A stretch of DNA of 33,896 bases from a virus (Duplodnaviria; Heunggongvirae; Uroviricota; Caudoviricetes): the IMG/VR virus record IMGVR_UViG_2548876958_000018; one strand, written 5' to 3'. Shown here in pieces: positions 1 through 7,906 of this stretch; position 1 is the first letter of the stretch; the number at the start of each line of letters is the position of its first letter. The position numbers and the translations under genes are program-made. Below the pieces are notes generated by a model. It did no database searches and was not told the origin of the DNA. It worked only from the letters and a program-made list of their open reading frames with translations.

Positions 1-318
1 ATGAAAAAGATAGCTGCTATATCATTAATTAGTATTTTTATTATGTCTGGTTGTGCTGTGCATAATGATGAGACAAGTATCGGTAAATTTGGTCTTGCAT
101 ATAAAAGTAATATTCAGCGTAAACTCGATAACCAATACTACACCGAAGCCGAAGCTTCTTTAGCCAGGGGCAGAATATCTGGTGCAGAAAATATAGTAAA
201 AAATGATGCAGCCCATTTCTGTGTTACTCAGGGCAAAAAAATGCAGATAGTTGACCTGAAGACAGAAGGTGCAGGATTACATGGCGTCGCTCGTCTGACA
301 TTCAAATGTGGAGAGTGA
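1..318 (+). CDS. yegR: small secreted lipoprotein, host flank (YegR-like, 105 aa)
   Basis: 105-aa ORF starting at ATG at position 1; hydrophobic signal peptide with lipobox-like IMSGC; lies outside the left att repeat. Symbol is from recollection of the E. coli yegR-cyaR-yegQ neighbourhood, not verified. Confidence 0.5.
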   Translation: MKKIAAISLISIFIMSGCAVHNDETSIGKFGLAYKSNIQRKLDNQYYTEAEASLARGRISGAENIVKNDAAHFCVTQGKKMQIVDLKTEGAGLHGVARLTFKCGE

Positions 319-475
319 GAATATTTTTTGGTAAGCGTCAAACATGCGCGTTCTGGTTGTGCTTAGCCGGAACCTGTGCGAGCACGATGCCGTTACGTGA
401 AAGGCATCGTGCTATGAAGGGAGATTCTATCGATGTGGTCAATGGAAGACGGTGACCAGGGATAGGGCTTATGCA

Positions 476-503
476 TAAAAAATAAGCCCGTGTAAGGGAG
501 ATT
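476..503. repeat. attL core: 28-bp direct repeat, duplicate of the cyaR 3' end
   Basis: TAAAAAATAAGCCCGTGTAAGGGAGATT is identical to 32363..32390; flanking bases differ on both sides. Confidence 0.85.
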
Positions 504-582
504 TAGGGTGTCACCAGTAGGGGCTTTCAACGGTACAATGCGGGTTTGAGCGGCATAAATTACCACTGAAAGCCCTTAAACG

Positions 583-1596
583 TTACTCTACTGTGGACAC
601 TGTGTGGACACTCTCGGCCTCAGTACCACCTCTTAGCGGATTAAGAGAAATGGCGTCCTGAAGGTACTCTGGCGCAAAATGAGCGTAAACCATAGTTTGC
701 TCAATCCGCGTGTGACCTAGTATCCGTTGTAGCGTGATAATACTTCCTCCATTAATCATGAAATGAGTGGCAAAGCTGTGCCTTAGTGCATGTGTGGCTT
801 GCCCCATTGGCAAATCCGGTTTTATTGCTTTCATTGTTCGTCTGAAGCGAGGGTAATCAGCATCAGGGAATAAAAAACCTCGTTTGTTATCCGCGATCAT
901 TTTGGCAACAGCCTCTGAGATCGGGACGGTGCGTGGTTTGTTTGTTTTCGTTTTAACAAACGTGACGCGGTTATGGATGATATTTTCTGCTTTCAAACGA
1001 GCTGCTTCTCCCCAACGTGCTCCAGTACTCAGGCAAAGAATCGCAATCTTTTTGTTGTCGCCGTCAAGAGCAGCAAGCAGTAAGGCAATTTCTTCCTGCG
1101 TGAGATAGCCTGTGTCTGGTTTTTCCTCCTTAAGCCTTTTTGTCCCTCTGATAGGGTGCTCACCAAAGAATAACTCCGCTTCAATCAGGGCTGTAAACAT
1201 GCCGCTAATACATGTTAAATCACGATTGATACTCGAAGGTTTAATACCCTGACTTCTTCGGGTGGCGCAGTACTGGCTGATAAGCGATTTCGTAATTTGA
1301 AATGCGCATGGGTCATTCGTTATTTTTGTGAAGATTTCAATTTTTCCAAGATTAGATTTCCCATGCTCTTCGTGTTTACCCTTTAAATCCCACCAGATCT
1401 GTGTCAGCTCCGACAGACGTCGCTTGTCTGTTGGTTTTGATAGCCATTCTTTATTGTGGTGGTTGTACAACGTGTATTTCTCGAAAGCGACAGCTTCGCT
1501 TTTCTTATCAAACTTCCTACGGATGCGTTTTCCATTACGTCCAGTAGGGCGGATGTCCACTTCATATCGACCATCATCGAGTTTTTTGATTGCCAT
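583..1596 (-). CDS. int: tyrosine integrase (P2 Int-like, 337 aa)
   Basis: 337-aa ORF ending ~80 bp from attL core; C-terminal tyrosine-recombinase boxes HALRHSFATH and GHTRIEQTMVYAH; co-oriented with the repressor as in P2. Confidence 0.9.
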   Translation of the reverse strand: MAIKKLDDGRYEVDIRPTGRNGKRIRRKFDKKSEAVAFEKYTLYNHHNKEWLSKPTDKRRLSELTQIWWDLKGKHEEHGKSNLGKIEIFTKITNDPCAFQITKSLISQYCATRRSQGIKPSSINRDLTCISGMFTALIEAELFFGEHPIRGTKRLKEEKPDTGYLTQEEIALLLAALDGDNKKIAILCLSTGARWGEAARLKAENIIHNRVTFVKTKTNKPRTVPISEAVAKMIADNKRGFLFPDADYPRFRRTMKAIKPDLPMGQATHALRHSFATHFMINGGSIITLQRILGHTRIEQTMVYAHFAPEYLQDAISLNPLRGGTEAESVHTVSTVE

Positions 1597-1711
1597 CAGA
1601 AAACCCTCCGAGTGGTGTGTTTTTTTGCGACTACTAATCGCTTTTTTCGTGGTGGCTGAAATTTAGCCACCAATAGTAGGCACTTGTGATGAATATATTC
1701 ACGATGAATTG

Positions 1712-2011
1712 TTAACCAGTCTTTTGACCGGAGTGGGGCGACGTTGTTTCGTTTTGCCCAAAGTGTGCGAGAGCGGGCGCAATTTGCCCGGACTCAGGAG
1801 CGATCTGATTGGTCATGAACCATAAAGTGTATTTGGTGAATTGTGGGGTCTGCAGGATGTTCATCATGACATCTGTTGGAGGTGTTGAACGACCACTTTC
1901 ATAGTAACTCAGCGTGCCATACGGAACCCCTGTTAAATCAGCAAGTTGTTGTCTGCTCAAATACTCTGATTTTCGCATTAAGACTATCTTCTCGCTTATC
2001 GTGTTTGACAT
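1712..2011 (-). CDS. C: immunity repressor C (99 aa)
   Basis: 99-aa ORF upstream of int on the same strand, divergent from cox; size and position match P2 C. Confidence 0.8.
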   Translation of the reverse strand: MSNTISEKIVLMRKSEYLSRQQLADLTGVPYGTLSYYESGRSTPPTDVMMNILQTPQFTKYTLWFMTNQIAPESGQIAPALAHFGQNETTSPHSGQKTG

Positions 2012-2044
2012 GGTGTTTAGATCTCAATAGTATTTAGTTTAGAT
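2005..2044 (+). promoter_or_regulatory. candidate early promoter Pe with repressor operator repeats
   Basis: TTGACA at 2005..2010, 17-bp spacer, TAGTAT at 2028..2033; direct repeats GTTTAGAT at 2015..2022 and 2037..2044 (22 bp apart) flank the -10, the arrangement described for P2 C operators; a third TTTAG copy at 2052..2058. Confidence 0.45.
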
Positions 2045-2125
2045 GTAGATTGTTTAGTGCTTGGATGTGGGCACTAAAAGGCATTATAAGACATTAAACG
2101 CAATTCATGAGGGCTAGAGGACGAC

Positions 2126-2401
2126 ATGAGCAAGCAAGTAACACTCATGACTGATGCGATTCCTTATCAGGAGTTCGCAAAACTAATAGGAAAATCGACA
2201 GGAGCGGTTCGTCGGATGATCGATAAAGGAAAGCTGCCTGTAATTGATATGACCGATCCACAATCAGCTTCAGGTCGTGCAGGTGAATATTGGGTATACC
2301 TTCCGGCATGGAATAACGGACTAAAACTGGCTTATGAAAGCCGACCTAAAGAGATTCGTGACGGCTGGTTGATGTGGTTAGGTCTCGGTGAACCACGTTA
2401 A
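2126..2401 (+). CDS. cox: Cox-like excisionase / switch repressor (91 aa)
   Basis: 91-aa ORF, first gene of the rightward early operon, divergent from C. Confidence 0.8.
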   Translation: MSKQVTLMTDAIPYQEFAKLIGKSTGAVRRMIDKGKLPVIDMTDPQSASGRAGEYWVYLPAWNNGLKLAYESRPKEIRDGWLMWLGLGEPR

Positions 2402-2411
2402 GGAGAACCGT

Positions 2412-2582
2412 ATGAATGAGCCTCGTTGTATTGCTCAGTTACTGCGTAACGAAAGCCCCAGGGCGATTGACTTCACCATCACCCACGGTAAGGGGCGTAA
2501 GGGAATCATTATCCGCACCAAAAAACAGAGTCCGTTAAAAAAGGCTCTGACCTTTCTGAAAAGCCGGAGGGTATGGAAATGA
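2412..2582 (+). CDS. small early protein (P2 orf78 position)
   Basis: ATG at 2412 preceded by AGGAG at 2401..2405; basic 56-aa product; the track start at 2388 lacks an RBS and overlaps the cox end. Confidence 0.45.
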   Translation: MNEPRCIAQLLRNESPRAIDFTITHGKGRKGIIIRTKKQSPLKKALTFLKSRRVWK

Positions 2583-3079
2583 CAGTGATGACGCTCAATC
2601 TCGTTGAAAAACAGCCAGCAGCTATGCGCCGGATAATTGGTAAGCATCTTGCCGTTCCTCGCTGGCAGGATACATGTGATTATTATAATCAGATGATGGA
2701 GCGCGAACGGCTAACAGTTTGCTTTCATGCGCAGTTAAAACAGCGTCACGCAACGATGCGTTTTGAAGAAATGAACGACGTCGAACGTGAACGACTGGTA
2801 TGTGCAATTGATGAATTGCGTGGGGCATTCTCAAAACGTCGTCAGGTTGGTGCAAGTGAGTATGCATATATTAGTTTCTTAACAGTCAGTCAGCGTCGTA
2901 CTTTATTTATGCATGCCGGATTGACTGAAAAAGAATTTAACCAGCCATACTGGCGAATTAATGAAGAGTCATGTTACTGGCGTGATGCTTTATTCCGTGC
3001 ATTACGTGAATTATTCAGCCTGTTTGAGTATGCACCGACAATTCTGACGTCGGTAAAACCAGAGCAATATCTGCATTAA
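2579..3079 (+). CDS. B: replication protein B-like (166 aa)
   Basis: ATG at 2579 lies 8 nt after GGAGG (2566..2570) and overlaps the upstream stop (ATGA); 166 aa matches P2 gpB; synteny cox-B-A. Confidence 0.7.
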   Translation: MTVMTLNLVEKQPAAMRRIIGKHLAVPRWQDTCDYYNQMMERERLTVCFHAQLKQRHATMRFEEMNDVERERLVCAIDELRGAFSKRRQVGASEYAYISFLTVSQRRTLFMHAGLTEKEFNQPYWRINEESCYWRDALFRALRELFSLFEYAPTILTSVKPEQYLH

Positions 3080-3142
3080 GTAATTAACCAGAGTTTTTAA
3101 CGCACTTAATCGTGCGGGGCTTCTTTTTGCCTGGAGAAAGTT

Positions 3143-3367
3143 ATGCATACAGTTTCTGAAAATCAGTGCGGTAAATACGCATTACTGCTGCAACAGGCCA
3201 GAACCGAAGCACAGGCCGACGCTGCGACGCGCTTTTCTTCTCATCTTGATGCCATGATTCGCCACATCACAAAGGCGGAGTTATCCCGCGTGGAGATAGT
3301 CGAGCTGCTCAGTCAGGAGTCGGAAAAATTTCACAATATCGGATTGTCTCGCGGGGAGGTGCTTTGA
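3143..3367 (+). CDS. small early protein (P2 orf80 position)
   Basis: 74-aa ORF with GGAG 6 nt upstream; translationally coupled to next ORF. Confidence 0.5.
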   Translation: MHTVSENQCGKYALLLQQARTEAQADAATRFSSHLDAMIRHITKAELSRVEIVELLSQESEKFHNIGLSRGEVL

Positions 3368-3669
3368 TGTCCTGTTCTCGTTCAGTTGTATTACTGAATA
3401 ACGCCTTAAAAATCGCCGTTATGAAAAATGGCGATTTGTCTCTTATTCAACTTGGTCTTGATAAAGAAAAACGCGAAATAACTGAGTCTGTTATCGCGAT
3501 TTATCAGAACGAATTAAACCTCCTGTCTGATGTGGTCAATTTGCTTGTTAAACGCGCTGTGTTTCACAAGCAAATCTCCTCCGTGGATGAACTGACGAAA
3601 TTAACGACAGAAATCGCCAGCTATTGCGCTGATGAATTTAAAAACCTTAACGACAAAAGGAACTGGTAA
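3367..3669 (+). CDS. small early protein (P2 orf81 position)
   Basis: ATG at 3367 after GGAGG (3355..3359); TGATG overlap with the upstream stop. Confidence 0.5.
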   Translation: MSCSRSVVLLNNALKIAVMKNGDLSLIQLGLDKEKREITESVIAIYQNELNLLSDVVNLLVKRAVFHKQISSVDELTKLTTEIASYCADEFKNLNDKRNW

Positions 3670-3893
3670 TGCCGGACAACGTAGATTTTATTCAGGCACA
3701 ACAGGCTGAATTACTGGAGCGCCAGATTAACGCGGCAAGGGTAAAACATTGCGGTGCTTCTGCGATGGTTTGCGAAGAGTGTGACGCGCCAATACCTGCT
3801 GCCCGTCGTGCGGCTTATCCGTCAGCCACGCGTTGTGTTTCCTGTCAGTCAGTTTTTGAAGCAAAAAACAAACATTACCGGAGAACGGCATGA
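3669..3893 (+). CDS. DksA/TraR-family C4 zinc-finger protein (P2 orf82 position)
   Basis: 74-aa ORF with CEEC...(17 aa)...CVSC four-cysteine motif typical of TraR/DksA zinc fingers; TAATG coupling. Confidence 0.6.
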   Translation: MPDNVDFIQAQQAELLERQINAARVKHCGASAMVCEECDAPIPAARRAAYPSATRCVSCQSVFEAKNKHYRRTA

Positions 3894-4165
3894 GTATTCG
3901 TATTGAAATTGGCGAACGTTATGTCGTTACCAGTGACAGCTTTCAGTTTATTCTCCACGAGAAAAAGAGAGCTGAAAGCGGTAAAAACGCCGGTCAGGAA
4001 TGGCTGGCGGTGGTTGGTTATTACCCGAAATTAAGCCAGCTCGTTTCCGGCCTGATGCATCACGATATTCTGACCGGAAGCGCAAAGTCTTTTGCTGATT
4101 TAAACGCGCAGGTTGAGCAACTCAGCAAGCGTTGTTCAGAGGCTTTTGGCTCATATGGCCGTTAA
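3890..4165 (+). CDS. small early protein (P2 orf83 position)
   Basis: 91-aa ORF with RBS GGAGA; stop overlaps the A start. Confidence 0.5.
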   Translation: MSIRIEIGERYVVTSDSFQFILHEKKRAESGKNAGQEWLAVVGYYPKLSQLVSGLMHHDILTGSAKSFADLNAQVEQLSKRCSEAFGSYGR

Positions 4166-6427
4166 AGCCTCCGGGCGTTTTGTCCCTCCGTCAGCATTTG
4201 CCGCAGGCACCGGTAAGACGTTTACCGGTGCTTATGCATGGAACGCGCCACGCGAGGCCGTCGGGCGCGAAAGACCCCTTACACGTGACGAGATGCGTCA
4301 GGTGCAAGGTGTTTTATCCACGATTAACCGCCTGCCTTACTTTTTGCGCTCGCTGTTTACTTCACGCTATGACTACATCCGGCGCAATAAAAGCCCGGTG
4401 CACGGGTTTTATTTCCTCACATCCACTTTTCAGCGTCGTTTATGGCCGCGCATTGAGCGTGTGAATCAGCGCCATGAAATGAACACCGACGCGTCGTTGC
4501 TGTTTCTGGCAGAGCGTGATCACTATGCGCGCCTGCCGGGAATGAATGACAAGGAGCTGAAAAAGTTTGCCGCCCGTATCTCATCGCAGCTTTTCATGAT
4601 GTATGAGGAACTCAGCGATGCCTGGGTGGATGCGCATGGCGAGAAAGAATCACTGTTTACGGATGAGGCTCAGGATCACCTGTATGGTCATGTTGCTGGC
4701 GCTGCACGAGCTTTCAATATTTCCCCTCTCTACTGGAAAAAATACCGTAAAAGACAGATGACCACGAGGCAGGCATATTCTGCCATTGCCCGTCTGTTTA
4801 ACGATGAGTGGTGGACTCATCAGCTTAAAGGCCAGCGTATGCGCTGGCATGAAGCGTTACTGATAGCTGTCGGGGAGGTCAATAAAGACCGTTCTCCTTA
4901 TGCCAGTAAACACGCCATTCGTGATGTGCGTGCGCGCCGCCAGGCAAATCTGGAATTTCTTAAATCGTGTGACCTTGAAAACAGGGAAACCGGCGAGCGC
5001 ATCGACCTTATCAGTAAGGTGATGGGCAGTATTTCTAATCCTGAAATTCGCCGGATGGAGCTGATGAACACCATTGCCGGTATTGAGCGTTACGCCGCTG
5101 CAGAGGGTGATGTGGGGATGTTTATCACGCTGACCGCGCCGTCAAAGTATCACCCGACACGTCAGGTAGGAAAAGGCGAAAGTAAAACCGTGCAGCTTAA
5201 TCACGGCTGGAACGATGAGGCATTTAATCCAAAGGATGCGCAGCGTTATCTCTGCCGTATCTGGAGCCTGATGCGCACGGCATTCAAGGATAATGATTTA
5301 CAGGTCTACGGTTTGCGTGTCGTCGAGCCACACCACGACGGAACGCCGCACTGGCATATGATGCTTTTTTGTAATTCACGCCAGCGTAACCAGATTATCG
5401 AAATCATGCGTCGCTATGCGCTCAAAGAGGATGGCGACGAAAGAGGAGCCGCGCGAAACCGTTTTCAGGCAAAACACCTTAACCGGGGCGGTGCTGCGGG
5501 ATATATCGCGAAATACATTTCAAAAAACATCGACGGCTATGCACTGGATGGTCAGCTCGATAACGACACCGGCAGGCCGCTGAAAGACACTGCAGCGGCT
5601 GTTACCGCATGGGCGTCAACGTGGCGCATCCCGCAATTTAAAACGGTTGGCCTGCCGACAATGGGGGCTTACCGTGAACTACGCAAATTGCCGCGCGGCG
5701 TCAGCATTGCTGATGAGTTTGACGAGCGCGTCGAGGCTGCACGCGCCGCCGCAGACAGTGGTGATTTTGCGTTGTATATCAGCGCGCAGGGTGGGGCACA
5801 AATGTCCCGCGCGATTGTCAGACTGTCAGAGTCGCCCGTAGCCCGTCGGATGAAGTTAACGAGTACGAGGAAGAAGTCGAGAGAGTGGTCGGCATTTACG
5901 CGCCGCATCTCGGCGCGCGTCATATTCATATCACCAGAACGACGGACTGGCGCATTGTGCCGAAAGTGCCGGTCGTTGAGCCTTTGACTTTAAAAAGCGG
6001 CATCGCCGCGCCTCGGAGTCCTGTCAATAACTGTGGAAAGCTCACCGGTAGTGATGTTTCGTTACCGGCTCCCACACCTTCTGAGCACGCCGCCGCAGTG
6101 CTTAATCTGGTTGATGACGGTGTTATCGAATGGAATGACCAGGAGGTCGTGAGGGCGCTCAGGGGCGCATTAAAACACGACCTGAGAACACCAAACCGTC
6201 AGCAAAGAAGCGGAAGCCCGTTAAAACCGCATGAAATAGCGCCATCGGCCAGACTGACCCGGTCGGAACGAATGCAAATTACCCGTATCCGCGTTGACCT
6301 TGCTCAGAACGGTATCAGGCCGCAGCGATGGGAGCTTGAGGCGCTGGCGCGTGGGGCAACTGTAAATTACGACGGGAGAAGCTTCAGTTATCCTGTTATA
6401 TGTGATTGGAGAGCGTATGAATTATGA
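4155..6427 (+). pseudogene. A: rolling-circle replication initiator A (HUH endonuclease), interrupted by a -1 frameshift
   Basis: ATG at 4155 overlaps the upstream stop (ATGGCCGTTAA). HUH-type motif TPHWHMMLF and catalytic tyrosine motif GYIAKYISK are present. The reading frame switches between 5765 and 5987: the upstream frame runs to a stop at 5987, while the downstream frame (GTG 5885..6427) is open from 5765. Combined length of about 757 codons is close to P2 gpA (761 aa, from memory). Confidence 0.8.
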
Positions 6428-6482
6428 GATTGTGATAAAAAGTAAATAATTAATATAATGCAATTGCTTAACTGTTTTAAAA

Positions 6483-6513
6483 GGGACAACGTAGTTGTGA
6501 ACTATATTGTCCC
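6483..6513. terminator. hairpin between convergent A and endonuclease genes (possible bidirectional terminator)
   Basis: GGGACAA (6483..6489) pairs with TTGTCCC (6507..6513) across a 17-nt loop in an AT-rich spacer; no clean U-run, so weak. Confidence 0.25.
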
Positions 6514-6520
6514 GGGAGTA

Positions 6521-7576
6521 TTAATTTTTAAATATGGATTGTATGTATTCTATAGTGCTATCTTTAGCTCTGATGTCTTTTAAAGTGTTATTTATGAAAT
6601 CTATTATTCTGTCATTACTTAATAGTGGCGATAACGCATAACATGTTGTTGTGAATGTCATGACGTCACTAAAGCTTAGTGAAACACCTTTTGTCGCAGC
6701 GTTCTCAATCGCAAGAGACTCATCAATATCTAAGTTTGTTGCTCTTGGCCCTTTAAGGAAGATAACTTTTGAAATCCCGGATGCAGATGCTTTTGAAACG
6801 GCGTGATTAACATCTTGATAATTAAATGGTTTGTCTTTCACTTCTATAGAAAGGAAAACTATATCATCATGATATACATCTATGTCCAGTATCTCTTTTG
6901 AGGAGCTACCGGCCTGATTGACGGGATGTGCTTTTATTATCCATCCTCTTTGTTCACCTAATAAATGTAACGAAATTGCGGCAGCAATCGCGCATGTTTC
7001 TCCATCACAAGGATGAGATATAATATTATAAATAATCTTATGGAAATCAAAATTAATTGAGTTCGGCGTTATAACTCTATTGGTTCGCTGTAGGGTAAAA
7101 TATAATGCAATAACAAGCATTTCATAAGCTAAGGTTTGGGTTGTTGCTGCATGTAATATATCAATTGAAAGTTGTTGTAAAACCTTATCATTTCCTCTGC
7201 GCACAGGGTTATCAGAGGAGTGGAGCATGTAACGAGCTGGTTTATTTAGAAATGGCTCATTTGATGCGCCTAACTTACCCTCTAAAAATGGGCCTTCTAC
7301 TTTGCCTACTATTACCGAATGACATAAACTCCTTGCATCATAGGCTCCGTCTACGGGGGCATTAGCTTGTAAAGCCAGAGGGTTAACTCTAGGGTCTGTT
7401 GCTTTTGCAAGTAAACCAGTAATAAGTATATATCTGTATGTAAGGTGGGTGCCTAAAATTACATTTTGAATGGAGACCCATTGATTATTTGTTTTGTAAT
7501 CAGTTAATTTTTTTGCATCGTTGATTGCATTTATAATTACATTATAGGCTTGCTCATGATTTACTAATACTTTCAT
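6521..7576 (-). CDS. putative Type II restriction endonuclease (351 aa)
   Basis: AT-rich ORF directly downstream of, and overlapping by 23 bp, the HTH controller gene; divergent from the methyltransferase; PD-(D/E)xK-like signature DIDVYHDDIVFLSIEVKDK; RBS AAGGA 5 nt before the ATG. Confidence 0.6.
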   Translation of the reverse strand: MKVLVNHEQAYNVIINAINDAKKLTDYKTNNQWVSIQNVILGTHLTYRYILITGLLAKATDPRVNPLALQANAPVDGAYDARSLCHSVIVGKVEGPFLEGKLGASNEPFLNKPARYMLHSSDNPVRRGNDKVLQQLSIDILHAATTQTLAYEMLVIALYFTLQRTNRVITPNSINFDFHKIIYNIISHPCDGETCAIAAAISLHLLGEQRGWIIKAHPVNQAGSSSKEILDIDVYHDDIVFLSIEVKDKPFNYQDVNHAVSKASASGISKVIFLKGPRATNLDIDESLAIENAATKGVSLSFSDVMTFTTTCYALSPLLSNDRIIDFINNTLKDIRAKDSTIEYIQSIFKN

Positions 7577-7868
7577 AGGTGTCCTTTAGTAAGATATCCA
7601 TTGGTAGACCTAATCGGCTTGCAACCACCTCTAATAATTCAAATAGTTCTAAAGCATCTAATCGCCTTTCAAAGCTTTCGATTTTAGATATATCTGATTG
7701 TGATAATCCTAGAAAAATGGCCAATTCTGACTGCGAAAGAGAAGCTTCTTTGCGTAGTTTGGTGAGAAGCTGGACTAGGCACCTGTATCTATGATCATGT
7801 ATAGTTGGTTGTCGTTTTGCCATGTGGTTTAGAAGGTGATTGATTGTGTGTCGATCCTTACCTATCAT
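7554..7868 (-). CDS. controller (C) protein of the R-M system, XRE-family HTH
   Basis: 104-aa ORF with helix-turn-helix segment LSQSELAIFLGLSQSDISKIE; sits in the gap between divergent R and M genes, upstream of and overlapping R; alternative start at Met16 (7823). Confidence 0.65.
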   Translation of the reverse strand: MIGKDRHTINHLLNHMAKRQPTIHDHRYRCLVQLLTKLRKEASLSQSELAIFLGLSQSDISKIESFERRLDALELFELLEVVASRLGLPMDILLKDTYESISKS

Positions 7869-7873
7869 TGGTT

Positions 7874-7892
7874 TTATTCCAAAATCGAATAA
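7874..7892. promoter_or_regulatory. candidate operator (C-box-like inverted repeat) between controller and methyltransferase starts
   Basis: TTATTC-N7-GAATAA dyad at 7874..7892, immediately upstream of the controller start (7868) and before the methyltransferase GTG (7907). Confidence 0.3.
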
Positions 7893-7906
7893 TTGGTGCT
7901 AAAGAA

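Noticed and set aside
884-1666. Plus-strand ORFs (884..1108, 1328..1666, 1456..1659) opposite the integrase gene
   Set aside because: Antisense shadows within or abutting int; no RBS and no motifs
4113-4154. Upstream start for gene A at 4113
   Set aside because: ATG at 4155 overlaps the upstream gene's stop (translational coupling) and gives a length closer to P2 gpA
5885-6427. 180-aa ORF listed as a separate gene
   Set aside because: It is the C-terminal portion of gene A in the -1 frame; together with the upstream ORF it reconstitutes a protein of the expected size
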